From NCBI RefSeq assembly GCF_028369095.1, contig NZ_JAQNDN010000024.1, positions 757,253 to 821,252 of the forward strand: a stretch of 64,000 nt of DNA. Reading direction: 5' to 3'. The DNA comes from Nannocystis radixulma (GTDB taxonomy: Bacteria; Myxococcota_A; Polyangia; Nannocystales; Nannocystaceae). Each line of letters opens with the position of its first letter. Position 1 is the stretch's first letter. The position numbers and the translations under genes were made by a program. Below, piece by piece: positions 8,704-18,720 of the stretch. Below the pieces are notes generated by a model. That model saw nothing but the letters and a program-made list of their open reading frames with translations. It was not told where the DNA came from and did not search any database.

Positions 8704-9585
8704 ATGCCCGCCCGCGAACGCACGATCGTCGCCGCCGACGGCACCCGCGTGTTCTACCGCCGCGAGGGCGAGGGGCCGGCGCTGCTGCTGTGCAACGGCA
8801 TCACGACGTCGCGGTTCTTCTGGACCCACCTGGCGCCGCGCTGGGCCCGGCGCTTCACGGTGATCACGTGGGACCTCAAGGGGCACGGCCGCAGCGAGCC
8901 GGCGCGCACGCGCGAGGGCGTCGAGATCCCGGCGCTGGCCGGCGACGCGCTGCAGATCCTCCACGCCGAGGGCCTGACCGACGCGGCGGTGATCGGCTTC
9001 TCGATGGGCTGCCAGGTCGCGCTCGAGGTCTATCGCGCGGCGCCGTCGCGGGTGCGCGGGCTGGTGCTGCTGCTCGGCCCCGCCGGCCGCGTGTTCGACA
9101 CGGCGCTCGGGCCGGTCGGGCCGATCCTGCACGGGCTCATCGCTCGCTTGCCGGTGTCCGGGTTCCGCCTGGCGTTCCGCGGGGCCCGCGGCGTGGTCGG
9201 GCTGCCGGGGAGTCGCCGCCTGGGACAGTTGCTGGGGCTCATCGGACCCGCGGCCACGCCGGCCGACGTGAAGCTGTACATCGAGCACTTCGTGCGCGAG
9301 CTCGATCCGGGCACGCTCGCGGCGATGGCGCTGGCGGCCCAGAGCCACGACGCCGCCGACCTGCTGCCGACGATCGCGGCGCCGACGCTGATCGTGGCCG
9401 GCGACCGCGACGTGTTCGCGCCGGCGCCCCGGGTCGGCCTGCCGCTGCACCGCGCGATCCCGGGCAGCCGCCTGCTTCGGCTGGAGGACGGGACGCACAC
9501 CAGCCTGTTCGAGCACCATGCGGCGATCGGTGCGGCGGTCGAGCGCTTCTGCGAGGGCCTCACCGCGCGCCGCGAGGTCGGGTAA
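8704..9585 (+). CDS. Alpha/beta-fold hydrolase
   Basis: Internal ATG at 8704. Translation has HGRSE, the nucleophile elbow GFSMGC and a C-terminal GDRD…H pattern. Confidence 0.8.
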   Translation: MPARERTIVAADGTRVFYRREGEGPALLLCNGITTSRFFWTHLAPRWARRFTVITWDLKGHGRSEPARTREGVEIPALAGDALQILHAEGLTDAAVIGFSMGCQVALEVYRAAPSRVRGLVLLLGPAGRVFDTALGPVGPILHGLIARLPVSGFRLAFRGARGVVGLPGSRRLGQLLGLIGPAATPADVKLYIEHFVRELDPGTLAAMALAAQSHDAADLLPTIAAPTLIVAGDRDVFAPAPRVGLPLHRAIPGSRLLRLEDGTHTSLFEHHAAIGAAVERFCEGLTARREVG

Positions 9586-9594
9586 AACGGCGGC

Positions 9595-10887
9595 ATGCGC
9601 CGCTTCGCCTCGCTTAGTCTCCTCCTCGCCGCCTGTAGTACCGCCGCCGCCGACTCCGACGCGACCTTGAGCGCCGGCCCCGGCACCGGCACGACCGAGA
9701 GCGGGACGACGACACCCCCCGACGAGCCGCCGCCCGGGACCAGCGAGGCGGCGCCGACGACCAGCGGCATCACGGGGGGCAGCACGAGTGCCGACAGCCT
9801 GGAGCCGACCGGGACGGGCACGGGCATGGGCGCGGAGCAGGACTACGACGTGCCCGGAGCGGCGCCGGTCGGCAACGCGACGTTCTCGGTGGTCGCGGGC
9901 GACCGCACGCTGCTGGTCGAGGCGTGGTACCCGGCGGACGCGTCGGCCGAGGCCGCGGCCGAGCAGGGCCACCCGATCGAGATGTTCGTGCCCGAGGGCG
10001 AACACCGCGAGGCGATGGTCGAGCTGCTGGCCAACCTGTCGGAGCAGGGCGAGGTCGGGGTGCGGCTGCAGACCCGCTCGGCGCGCGACGCCGCGTCGGC
10101 GGGCACCGGCCCGTACCCGCTGGTGATGTTCTCGCACTGCCACAACTGCGCCCGCTACTCGATGTTCACGATCGCCGAGCACCTCGCCAGCCACGGCTTC
10201 GTGGTCGTCGCGCCCGACCACGTCGGCAACACGCTGTTCGAGCCCGGCCCGGCCAACATGATCAGCGAGGACTTCCTGCAGGTCCGCGTGGCCGACCAGA
10301 TGGCGGTGCTCGACGCGGTGCTCGACGCCGGCAACTCGGCTGTCCCCGAGGCCATCCGCGGCTCGATCGACGCGACCCGCATCGGCGCGATGGGCCACAG
10401 CTTCGGCGCCGCCACGGCGGGTCGCCTGGCGCAGGAGGACGAGCGGATCCTCGCCGCCCTGCCGATCGCCGCGCCGGTCGAGAACCCGATCTTCTATGGC
10501 ACCAAGCTGGCGAACATCGTCGAGCCGCAGCTGTTCGTGCTGGCGGTCGAGGACAACAGCATCCAGAAGATCGGCAACAACCTCATCGAGTCGAACTTCA
10601 AGGCCGCGGCGACGCCGGCCTACCTGGTGCGCATGACGGACACCGGCCACTGGGGGCCGAGCGACATCTGCGGCCTGCGCGAGGAGTTCAACCCCGGCTG
10701 CGGGCCGGGCGTGCGCCAGTCCGACGGCAGCGAGTTCGTCTACCTCGAGCCGGTGCAGGCGCGGGCGATCGTGGCGGCCTACGCGGTCGCGTTCTTCGAC
10801 CACCACCTGCGCGGCAACGCCTCGGCGCTCGAGTTCCTGCAGACGGCGACGCCGCCCGAGGTGGTCGAGGTCGAGTCGCGGCTGTGA
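9595..10887 (+). CDS. Lipoprotein serine hydrolase of the platelet-activating-factor acetylhydrolase / lipase type
   Basis: Lipobox LLAACST, a Thr/Pro-rich linker, and the GHSFG nucleophile motif. Confidence 0.75.
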   Translation: MRRFASLSLLLAACSTAAADSDATLSAGPGTGTTESGTTTPPDEPPPGTSEAAPTTSGITGGSTSADSLEPTGTGTGMGAEQDYDVPGAAPVGNATFSVVAGDRTLLVEAWYPADASAEAAAEQGHPIEMFVPEGEHREAMVELLANLSEQGEVGVRLQTRSARDAASAGTGPYPLVMFSHCHNCARYSMFTIAEHLASHGFVVVAPDHVGNTLFEPGPANMISEDFLQVRVADQMAVLDAVLDAGNSAVPEAIRGSIDATRIGAMGHSFGAATAGRLAQEDERILAALPIAAPVENPIFYGTKLANIVEPQLFVLAVEDNSIQKIGNNLIESNFKAAATPAYLVRMTDTGHWGPSDICGLREEFNPGCGPGVRQSDGSEFVYLEPVQARAIVAAYAVAFFDHHLRGNASALEFLQTATPPEVVEVESRL

Positions 10888-10976
10888 GCGCCGCGCAGAA
10901 TTAACACCTGACTGGGTGTTGCCGGCCGCGCGGACGCAGGCTTGTCGGCCGGGCGGGCGCGGGCGACACTGGCGGC

Positions 10977-12035
10977 ATGGAGTTCGCGCGGCTGGCGGAG
11001 GCCCTCGGCGGCGAGACGATGGCGGTCGAGGCGGGCGGGCGCAGCGACCTGGCGCCGTTCGTGCTGCGCTTCGGGACAGGTCCCGAAGTACAGGTGTATC
11101 CCGAGCTGCTGGAGGGCGCCTGCGTCGGCGCGGTCTTCGTGGTCGCGCGGGCCGACGCGGCCGAGACGCCGCGGATCGTGCTGCGGGCCGAGGACGCGAT
11201 CGACCGCGGCGGCAAGGCGCTCGGGATCAACCGCGAGCTGCAGCTCGGCGACGCGGCGTTCGACGCGGCGGTCTACGTCGAGTCGGAGGCCCCCGACGCG
11301 CTCGTGGCCCAGGTGCTGGCGGCCCCGGCGGCCCGCTCGGCCGCGCAGGCGCTGGTGCGCGGGCCGGCAGGCGAGGTCCAGCTCGGCGAGGGCCGGGTGA
11401 CGGCGAAGCTGACGGCGGACCAGCTCGAGGCGCCCGCGGCCGCGACCGAGCTGCTGGCGTCGCTGCGGGCGCTGGCGGGGGCGATGGCTGTCCCGAAGGA
11501 CATGCCGACCCGCGCCGAGCTGGTGCGCCGGCGCCCCGTCGGCCACATCTTCGCCATCGCGTTCGCGTGGCTGGTCACGCTCGCGCTGGCAGTGGTGCTG
11601 CGCCCGCCGCAGGTGCTGGCGTGGCAGCCGGTGTTCGCGGGGATCGGGATCGGGGGACTGCTGTGGATGATCGTGTGCGGCGGGCTGGCCCTGGTCCTGC
11701 GCGGCGCGCCCGACTCGCTGCGCTGGCTGTCGATCTGCGCGGCGGCGTTCCTGCTGACGACGCCGTTCGCCGGGATGAAGCTGGCGCTGTACGCCAACGC
11801 TGCCCTCGACGCCGGGCCGGAGGAGGCGCTCCGCCTGCCGGTGCGGGTGGTCGACCGCGGGGAGACCCGGGTGGTCATCGAGGTCGAGGGGCTGGTGCTC
11901 GGGCAGTCACCGACGCGGCTGCATGTCCCGATGGACAGGGTCGTCGGGACATTGCCGGAAGAGCCGGTGATTCTGACGCTCACGACTCGCCCGGGCGCGC
12001 TCGGCTGGGCGTGGCTCGTCGATGTGCGGCGGTGA
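10977..12035 (+). CDS. Hypothetical integral membrane protein
   Basis: 352-aa ORF with several hydrophobic helices in its C-terminal half. Its antisense alternatives are R/G-rich. Confidence 0.5.
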   Translation: MEFARLAEALGGETMAVEAGGRSDLAPFVLRFGTGPEVQVYPELLEGACVGAVFVVARADAAETPRIVLRAEDAIDRGGKALGINRELQLGDAAFDAAVYVESEAPDALVAQVLAAPAARSAAQALVRGPAGEVQLGEGRVTAKLTADQLEAPAAATELLASLRALAGAMAVPKDMPTRAELVRRRPVGHIFAIAFAWLVTLALAVVLRPPQVLAWQPVFAGIGIGGLLWMIVCGGLALVLRGAPDSLRWLSICAAAFLLTTPFAGMKLALYANAALDAGPEEALRLPVRVVDRGETRVVIEVEGLVLGQSPTRLHVPMDRVVGTLPEEPVILTLTTRPGALGWAWLVDVRR

Positions 12036-12131
12036 GGAGATGCGCTCCCGGCGAGCGCGTCGAGCCATGAGGCACAGACCAGCCACCCACGCCGCGACGG
12101 CCTATTGCGTGTCCGGGCTCGGCTGCCTGGA

Positions 12132-13478
12132 TCACGCGGTTTCTTGCGCAGGCTCTTGGCCGGCTTCGCCGTCGATCGGCCGGCCCGGGCCGAACGGTTC
12201 GACGGCTCGCGAGACTCGCGGCTCGTCGACGTGGACCGGGCCGTGCACGCGGCGCAGCTCGGGGTCGATGTGCTCGCGCACGACGCGGAACAGCCCGTTG
12301 TCGAACGACTTGCCGCTGGCCGGCGCGACGTGCTCGATGCGCTCGCGCAGACCTCGAGCCTGCATGACCTCGGCGCGGTGGGCACAGAACGGGTTGTTGC
12401 CGGGGCGCCCGAGCAGCGGCTCGCTGGCGGCGGTGCAGCCGGCCATGCAGGTCTCGGCGTAGTAGCACTCGCGACAGTAGCCCCACAGATCGTCGAGGGT
12501 GCGCCGGCGGATGTAGCCGAGCTGGTAGCTGTCGTCCCAGATCTCGCGGATCGATCGCTCGCGCCAGTTACCGCCGACGTTGAGCGGGCCGCCGAGGCTG
12601 GGGCAGTTCTTGATCCCGCCGTCGCTGTCGATGCCGAGGGTGTTGACGCCCGCGCCGCAGCCGCGCCAGTGCGTGCGCAGGGCGGCGCGCAGGCGGGTCT
12701 CGAGCGGGCCGAAGTAGCCGAGGCTGTTGGCCGGCCAGAAGCGGATGCCGAGCGCGTTGCAGCGGTCGATCACCCGCTCGAGCGTGACGAACAGCTCGGG
12801 CACCATGTACGGCTGCAGGATGAGCTCGGGGTGATCGGCGGCGTTGCCGTGGGCGACGGTGAGCTGCAATTGCCAGGCGCGGATGCCCTCGGCGGCCAGC
12901 AGCTCGAGCAGGTCGAGGAGCTCGTGGCGGGTGCGCTGGTTGATCTGACAGTTGCTGGCGATCGGCAGGCCGGCTGCGCGGGCCCGCCGGAGGGTCGAGA
13001 AGGCGGCGCGCCAGCTGCCGGGGACGCCGCGCAGGCCGTCGTGGGTGGCCTCGAGGCCGTCGATCGAGACGGCGAGGCTGGACATGCCGGCGTCGATCAT
13101 CGCCGCGAGTCGATCGTCGTCGAGGTTGAGGCCGCCGGTGGTGATCATGCACTTCATGCCGGCCTCGCGGATGGCCCGCACGACGAGGATGAAGTCGTTG
13201 CGCAGGTAGGCCTCGCCGCCGATCAGCACGACCTCGCCGCAGCCGAGGTCCTTGAGCTCGGCGACGACGCGCAGGCACTCGTCGGTGTCGAGCTCGTGCG
13301 GCCGGCGCTGGCCGGCTCGCGGCCCGCAGTGGACGCACTTCTGATCGCAGGCGAGGGTGAGCTCCCAGATCGCCCAGGTGGGGTTGCCCCGCGGGGCGCC
13401 GGGGCGGCCGTAGCGGTCGGCGGCCTGCGGCAATCCGGCGACGACGGGCAGGCGACGGCGGGCGTCGGCGAGCTTCAT
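12132..13478 (-). CDS. Radical SAM / SPASM-domain peptide-modifying enzyme, paralogue 1
   Basis: CDQKCVHCG is a CxxxCxxC cluster. The C-terminal Cys-rich SPASM region reads GYCRECYYAETCMAGC…NPFC. It is about 70% identical to the 33450..34769 protein. Confidence 0.9.
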   Translation of the reverse strand: MKLADARRRLPVVAGLPQAADRYGRPGAPRGNPTWAIWELTLACDQKCVHCGPRAGQRRPHELDTDECLRVVAELKDLGCGEVVLIGGEAYLRNDFILVVRAIREAGMKCMITTGGLNLDDDRLAAMIDAGMSSLAVSIDGLEATHDGLRGVPGSWRAAFSTLRRARAAGLPIASNCQINQRTRHELLDLLELLAAEGIRAWQLQLTVAHGNAADHPELILQPYMVPELFVTLERVIDRCNALGIRFWPANSLGYFGPLETRLRAALRTHWRGCGAGVNTLGIDSDGGIKNCPSLGGPLNVGGNWRERSIREIWDDSYQLGYIRRRTLDDLWGYCRECYYAETCMAGCTAASEPLLGRPGNNPFCAHRAEVMQARGLRERIEHVAPASGKSFDNGLFRVVREHIDPELRRVHGPVHVDEPRVSRAVEPFGPGRPIDGEAGQEPAQETA

Positions 13479-13484
13479 GCGCGG

Positions 13485-13952
13485 TTACAGGGTCTCGCCG
13501 GTGGTGGTGGCCTCGGTGTCGCCCTCGGTCGCGGCCGGTGGCGCGCCGGCGGACTCGGTCTCGAGCGCGGCGGCGTAGGCGGTGGTGACGTTGAACGAGT
13601 CCATCGAGTCGCTGGCGGAGGCGCTGCCGTCGGTGGTGCTCGAGGACGTGGTGGTCGAGGTCGTGCTGGTCGTCGTCGACGTCGTGGTCGAGGTCGGCTG
13701 GTCGGTGACGGCGGTGGTGTTCTGCGTCGTCTGCCCGTCGGTGGTCTGCGCGGTCGAGGTCGGGACGGTGGTCGACTCGGTGTCGTCCGGCTTCTCGCTG
13801 CAGCTCGCGCTCATCAGGCCGAGCACCACGCCGAGGAAACGCAGGCTGCCGGGACCCTCGACGCGCCGCTGCTCGGCGCCGCAGAACGGACAGGCGGACT
13901 CGTCGCGCCGGATGGCGCGGGCACACGCGGGACAGTCGATGAGGAGCGGCAT
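13485..13952 (-). CDS. Small protein with an N-terminal CxxC-X15-CxxC module (zinc-ribbon-like), one transmembrane / lipobox helix and a Thr/Ser-rich low-complexity tail; partner of rSAM 1
   Basis: Internal ATG at 13950-13952 (MPLLIDCPACARAIRRDESACPFCGA…FLGVVLGLMSASCSEK… then TSTTTSTTTS…). It ends 7 bp before the rSAM start on the same strand. Confidence 0.7.
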   Translation of the reverse strand: MPLLIDCPACARAIRRDESACPFCGAEQRRVEGPGSLRFLGVVLGLMSASCSEKPDDTESTTVPTSTAQTTDGQTTQNTTAVTDQPTSTTTSTTTSTTSTTTSSSTTDGSASASDSMDSFNVTTAYAAALETESAGAPPAATEGDTEATTTGETL

Positions 13953-14044
13953 GCCAGAGCACCGTATCAGAACTCGCCGGCGCCGGCGCCGGGCAGATCC
14001 GCACCCGGCCCGGCGGTCGGGGCGAGGTGGGGTCGGCGAGCCGC

Positions 14045-14112
14045 GCGGGTGCGCCAAGGGACATGTCGAATCAGGCATGTCGTGAAAGACATGCTGGCGA
14101 GGGCATGTCTGT
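14045..14112. repeat. Array of 14-bp-phased CATGTC repeats upstream of the peptide-rSAM operon
   Basis: gggacatgtcgaatca ggcatgtcgtgaaa gacatgctggcgag ggcatgtctgttc gaccatgtcagcg. The region is AT-richer than its surroundings. Confidence 0.6.
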
Positions 14113-14121
14113 TCGACCATG

Positions 14122-15459
14122 TCAGCGCGAGCCCAGCAGGGCGCGGCGCAGCACGCTGGGGTGGAACAGGGCGCTGCTCGGGCGCAGCAGGTGCAGCACC
14201 TCCATCATGCGCAGCTGGACGTCGGGCGAGCGGGTGGCGGCGCTGAAGATCCGGTCGACCAGGCGGTGCATGACCTTGAGGCCAGGTGACGGTTTGCCGG
14301 TGGTCCCGGGCCAGCGCAGATCGTCGCCGACGGCGGTCATGAAGGCGGCCTGGTTGCCGGCGGCGAGGCGCTTCTGAAAGCGCAGGCCGGGCGGCTGGCC
14401 GGGGCGGGCGCGCAGCTCGGCGTCGAGGTGGGTCGAGGCGACGGCGGCGACGCTCATGCCCTGGCCGTAGACGGGGTTGAGGGCGCAGGCGGCGTCGCCG
14501 AGCACGACGAAGCCGTGCGGCCAGCGGCGCAGGCGCTCGTAGTGGCGCAGGCGGTTCTCGGTCCGGCGATAGCCGTGGATGCTGCTGCACGGGGTGGCGC
14601 CGGCCAGCGCGTCGCGCAGCGCCGGGGTCCGCAGGCCGCCCGCGAATTCGAGGAAGCCGGCCTCGTCGGTCGGCGGGAAGGCGCCGCCGTAGCCGACCAG
14701 CGTGACGATGTGACGCCCGCCCTCGACCGCGTACACGACCCCGCCGCGCGGGTTCTGGCCCGGCTTGCCCATGATGTAGAGGACCTTCCAGTCGGGCCGC
14801 GCGCGCAGCTCGTAGAGGCGGGTGACGTAGCCGAGCTGGGCGTCGATGACGGTCTCGGCGGGCTCGGGGTAGCCGAGCGCGGCCAACCAGGTCGGGGCCT
14901 TCGAGGCGCGGCCGCTGGCGTCGACGACCAGGTCGGCGCGCAGGTCGTCGGCCGCGAGCTCGGGCGCGCCGGCGCGGCGGTGGACCTGCACGCCGACGAT
15001 CCGGTCGCCCGTGGCCTGCAGACCGGTAACCTCGTAACCGGCGTGGATGCGCACGCGATCGTCGGCGACGAGGCGCGCGCGCACGTTCCACTCGAGCAAG
15101 CCACGGGTGCAGGCGCGCGAGCGCAACGGCGAGGGCCCGCGCGGCATGAGGCCGAACGGGGTGTGCCACTCGACGTCGGCCAGCCAGTCGTACTCGTGCG
15201 CCCCCGCGGCCGCGAGCGCGTCGCCGAGGCCGGGGAACTGCTCGCTCAGGATCTGCCAGCCGCGCGTCAGCAGGACGTGGACGTGGTGGCTCTGCGGGGC
15301 ACCGGCGCGCGGCTCCGGTCCGCCCGGCAAGAGGTCGCGGTCGAGGACGGTGACGCGCTCGTAGTGACGCGTGAGCACGCGAGCGGCGAGGAGGCCGGCG
15401 ATCCCGCCGCCGATCACGAGCGCGCGCCGATTCGCCGGCGCGGAGCCTGATGTGGGCAT
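14122..15459 (-). CDS. FAD-dependent monooxygenase / oxidoreductase
   Basis: Internal ATG at 15457-15459. VIGGGIAGLLAARVL is a GxGxxG dinucleotide-binding fold, and the family-typical GDAAH-like motif LGDAACALNPVYGQG is present. Confidence 0.8.
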   Translation of the reverse strand: MPTSGSAPANRRALVIGGGIAGLLAARVLTRHYERVTVLDRDLLPGGPEPRAGAPQSHHVHVLLTRGWQILSEQFPGLGDALAAAGAHEYDWLADVEWHTPFGLMPRGPSPLRSRACTRGLLEWNVRARLVADDRVRIHAGYEVTGLQATGDRIVGVQVHRRAGAPELAADDLRADLVVDASGRASKAPTWLAALGYPEPAETVIDAQLGYVTRLYELRARPDWKVLYIMGKPGQNPRGGVVYAVEGGRHIVTLVGYGGAFPPTDEAGFLEFAGGLRTPALRDALAGATPCSSIHGYRRTENRLRHYERLRRWPHGFVVLGDAACALNPVYGQGMSVAAVASTHLDAELRARPGQPPGLRFQKRLAAGNQAAFMTAVGDDLRWPGTTGKPSPGLKVMHRLVDRIFSAATRSPDVQLRMMEVLHLLRPSSALFHPSVLRRALLGSR

Positions 15460-15928
15460 GGCGCAGTGATACGACAGCGCGGCCACGGCCGGAAGCGGGC
15501 GTCCCCGAGTACGGGCGCGCGATCGCCCGCGCGGGCGGTGAAGGCTCCGTCTGTCTGAAGAGACAGGTGTGTGGTTCGCCGCCGGCGGCCGCGGCGGAGC
15601 GAGCGGCCGACGTCACAATCACGGCAGGCCCCGCCTGAGCGGGGTGACAGGATTGGCGATCGGGAAATGCCCACACCGGCGTATACGAGCTTCCGCACGG
15701 GCATTCGCCTTGACCGATCGAAGGGTGGCGTGTATCCCCGAATTCGATGCTCCGGCGCGCCACCACCGCGACCACCACTACCACCCATCCGGGTGGGGTC
15801 GGTCGCGTGCGCGTGCGCTGAGAGAGTCGTCCACGCCCTGCGAAACCCCGCCCGAGCCGGCGGAGTTTCGCGCGTCTCGGTGGCGTCGCTCCGTCCGGTC
15901 GGCCCTTTGCCCCCAGGAGTCCGCCGCC

Positions 15929-17149
15929 ATGAGTCACGACATCAGCCCCCATTCCGTCCTCGACGCCCACGACCACCGCGCCCTCGGGCCGCGCCTCGGC
16001 CTGTTCCACCTGCAGGAAGAGGCCCCGGCGATGGTGTTCTGGCACCCGAAAGGCCTGGTCCTCGTCCGCGCGCTCGAGGACGCGGCCCGCCGCCGCGCCG
16101 TCGCCGACGGCTACCACGAGGTGCGCACGCCGCAATTGTTGAGACAGCCGATCTGGGAGAAGAGCGGCCACTGGGAGCACTTCCGCCACGGAATGTTCGC
16201 ACTCGCCGACGAGGGCTGCGGCGCGGCGCTGAAGCCGGTCTCGTGCCCCGGCCACATCCAGATCGCCCAGCGCAGCGCGCTGTCGTACCGCGACCTGCCG
16301 CTGCGCGTGTGCGAGTTCGGCCTGTGCCACCGCGACGAGCCGAGCGGGACGCTGCACGGGCTGTTCCGCCTGCGACAGTTCACGCAGGACGACGGCCACG
16401 TGTTCTGCGCCGAGGACCAGATCGGGCCCGAGATCGTGCGATTTTGCCGCGGCGCCCGCCAGTTCTACGCGGCGTTCGGCTTCGCCGAGTTCGCGGTGGG
16501 CCTGTCGACGCGCCCGCCCGAGCGGGTCGGCGACGACGCGACGTGGGACCGCGCCGAGGCGCTGCTCGCCGCGGCGGCCCGCGACGCCGGCCTCGATTGC
16601 GCGGTGCAGCCGGGCGAGGGCGCGTTCTACGGGCCCAAGCTCGAGTTCTCGCTGCGCGACCGCCTCGGCCGCTCGTGGCAATGCGGGACGATCCAACTCG
16701 ACTTCAACCTGCCTTCGCGGTTCGACCTGCATTACATCGACGAGGCCGGCCAGCGCCGGCGCCCGGCGATGCTGCACCGCGCGATCTACGGCAGCGTCGA
16801 GCGCTTCCTGGCGATCGTGCTCGAGCACCACGCAGGGGCGCTGCCGGCCTGGCTGGCTCCGGTGCAGGTGGTGGTGGCGCCGGTGGCCCCGGCGCAGAAC
16901 GAGGCGGCGGCGGCGGCGGTCGCCGAATTGCGGGCGGCCGGGGTGCGCGTCGAGCTCGACGACCGCCGCGAGACGCTGGCCCGCCGGGTCGCCGAGGCCC
17001 ACGCGAACGGGGTGCCGATGTTCGCGGTGATCGGCGCCCGCGAGGCCGCCGGCGAGGCGCTGGCGCTGCGGATCCGCGAACAGCAGCAGGTGCTGCCGCG
17101 GGCCGAGGCGGTGGCGCAGATCGCCCGCGACTGCGCGCCGCCGGTGTGA
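15929..17149 (+). CDS. Threonyl-tRNA-synthetase-like protein with only the class II catalytic and anticodon-binding domains; it lacks the N-terminal TGS/editing domains
   Basis: Internal ATG at 15929 preceded by caggagt. Long collinear similarity to the ThrRS catalytic core: HRALGPRLGLFHLQEEAPAMVFWHPKG…KPVSCPGHIQIAQ…FTQDDGHVFC…LGEGAFYGPKLEF…WQCGTIQLDFNLP. Confidence 0.8.
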   Translation: MSHDISPHSVLDAHDHRALGPRLGLFHLQEEAPAMVFWHPKGLVLVRALEDAARRRAVADGYHEVRTPQLLRQPIWEKSGHWEHFRHGMFALADEGCGAALKPVSCPGHIQIAQRSALSYRDLPLRVCEFGLCHRDEPSGTLHGLFRLRQFTQDDGHVFCAEDQIGPEIVRFCRGARQFYAAFGFAEFAVGLSTRPPERVGDDATWDRAEALLAAAARDAGLDCAVQPGEGAFYGPKLEFSLRDRLGRSWQCGTIQLDFNLPSRFDLHYIDEAGQRRRPAMLHRAIYGSVERFLAIVLEHHAGALPAWLAPVQVVVAPVAPAQNEAAAAAVAELRAAGVRVELDDRRETLARRVAEAHANGVPMFAVIGAREAAGEALALRIREQQQVLPRAEAVAQIARDCAPPV

Positions 17150-17554
17150 CGAATGGCCGGCGGCTCGCGCGTGCGAGCCGCCGGCGATAATGCCACGAGA
17201 GTCCATGAGGACATGGCGATATCGACATGTTCTCATGGACATATTGAGCAATGCTCGCGCCGCGAGCATGGCTGCGTCGATGGAGAATGTCGCGAGCACG
17301 CAAGATCGTGCGCGGCGGCCCGCGGACACAGGAACTTCGCGACCGTGGTCGTTGCGAGGGAGATCGCCCGCCTTCTGCAAGCCGAGGCGGGGCGGCCGGC
17401 CCGCCCGCGGTCGACCGGGACGGGCGCGCGGGCGCCTGCTGGGGGGCCGTAGCCGCGGCAGTGGCTCCCGGCGATGCGCGAAAACGCTCTCTGCCGAGTA
17501 GGGGCTGTGCCACTCGTCGGCGGGACCACGGTGAGCGAAAGTCGGGCCTCCGGC

Positions 17555-18625
17555 ATGACCGCTCAAGCCCCCAAGCCCATCAGCGCGCTCGAAGCGCTGG
17601 AGCGCGCGCAGTGGATCGCGTTCGCTCCGTTCGTGTTCCAGGCGGCCCGCGTGCTGCGCGACCGCGGGATCCTCCTCGCCATCGAGCAGAGCAAGGACGG
17701 GCTGACGCTCGAGGAGGTGGCGGCCACGGCCGGGCTGCCGATCTACGGCACGCGGGTGGTGCTCGAGGCGGGGCTCGGGATCGGGCTGGTCGCCGAGGTC
17801 GAGGGCCGCTATCGCATCACCAAGACCGGCGTGTACGTGCAACACGACGCGATGACGCGCGCCAACTTCGACTTCACGCGCGACGTGAACTACCACGGGA
17901 TCGCGGCGCTCGACGCGGCGGTGGCCTCGGGCAAGCCCGAGGGGCTCAAGGTGTTCGGCGAGTGGGCCACGGTGTACGAGGGGCTCGCGCAATTGCCGGA
18001 GTCGGTGCGAAAGTCGTGGTTCGGCTTCGACCACTATTATTCGGACGGCGCATTCGGGGCCGCGCTGCCGCTGGTGTTCGCCGGCAAGCCGCGGCGCCTG
18101 CTCGACATCGGCGGCAACACCGGCAAGTGGGCGATCGCCTGCATGAAGCACGACCCGGACGTCGAGGTGACGCTGATGGACCTGCCGGGCCAGCTGCGCA
18201 ACGCGGAGCAGAACCTGCGCGAGGCGGGGCTGCTGGCGCGGGCCCGCTTCCTCGAGGCCGATCTGCTCGACGAGCGCACGGTGATCCCGGCCGAATTCGA
18301 CGCGATCTGGATGAGCCAGTTCCTCGACTGCTTCTCCGAGGCGGAGATCGTATCGATCCTGCGCCGCTGCGTGGCGGCCACCGGGCCCAATTGCAGGATC
18401 TACATCCTCGAGGCGTTCTGGGACCGCCAGCGCTTCGCGGCCGCCAGCTTCTGCCTGCAGATGACGTCGCTCTACTTCACGGCGGTCGCCAACGGCACCA
18501 GCCAGATGTACCGCTCGACGACGTTCCTCGCGTGCCTGCACGCGGCCGGTCTCGAGGTCGAGCGCGAGTACGACGACCTCGGGGTCAGCCACACGCTGCT
18601 GGTCTGCCGCCCGCGGCCGATGTGA
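17555..18625 (+). CDS. Class I SAM-dependent O-methyltransferase with an N-terminal dimerisation domain
   Basis: Internal ATG at 17555. LLDIGGNTGKW is methyltransferase motif I, within an overall plant/bacterial OMT-like architecture. Confidence 0.8.
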   Translation: MTAQAPKPISALEALERAQWIAFAPFVFQAARVLRDRGILLAIEQSKDGLTLEEVAATAGLPIYGTRVVLEAGLGIGLVAEVEGRYRITKTGVYVQHDAMTRANFDFTRDVNYHGIAALDAAVASGKPEGLKVFGEWATVYEGLAQLPESVRKSWFGFDHYYSDGAFGAALPLVFAGKPRRLLDIGGNTGKWAIACMKHDPDVEVTLMDLPGQLRNAEQNLREAGLLARARFLEADLLDERTVIPAEFDAIWMSQFLDCFSEAEIVSILRRCVAATGPNCRIYILEAFWDRQRFAAASFCLQMTSLYFTAVANGTSQMYRSTTFLACLHAAGLEVEREYDDLGVSHTLLVCRPRPM

Positions 18626-18720
18626 GCCGTGACGCGGCCCGCGGGTGCGGACGGGCAGGGGGAGTCGGAACGGCAACCACCGCGCCCGCGCGAGCAGCCA
18701 TCTCGTGGATCGGCGAGCGC

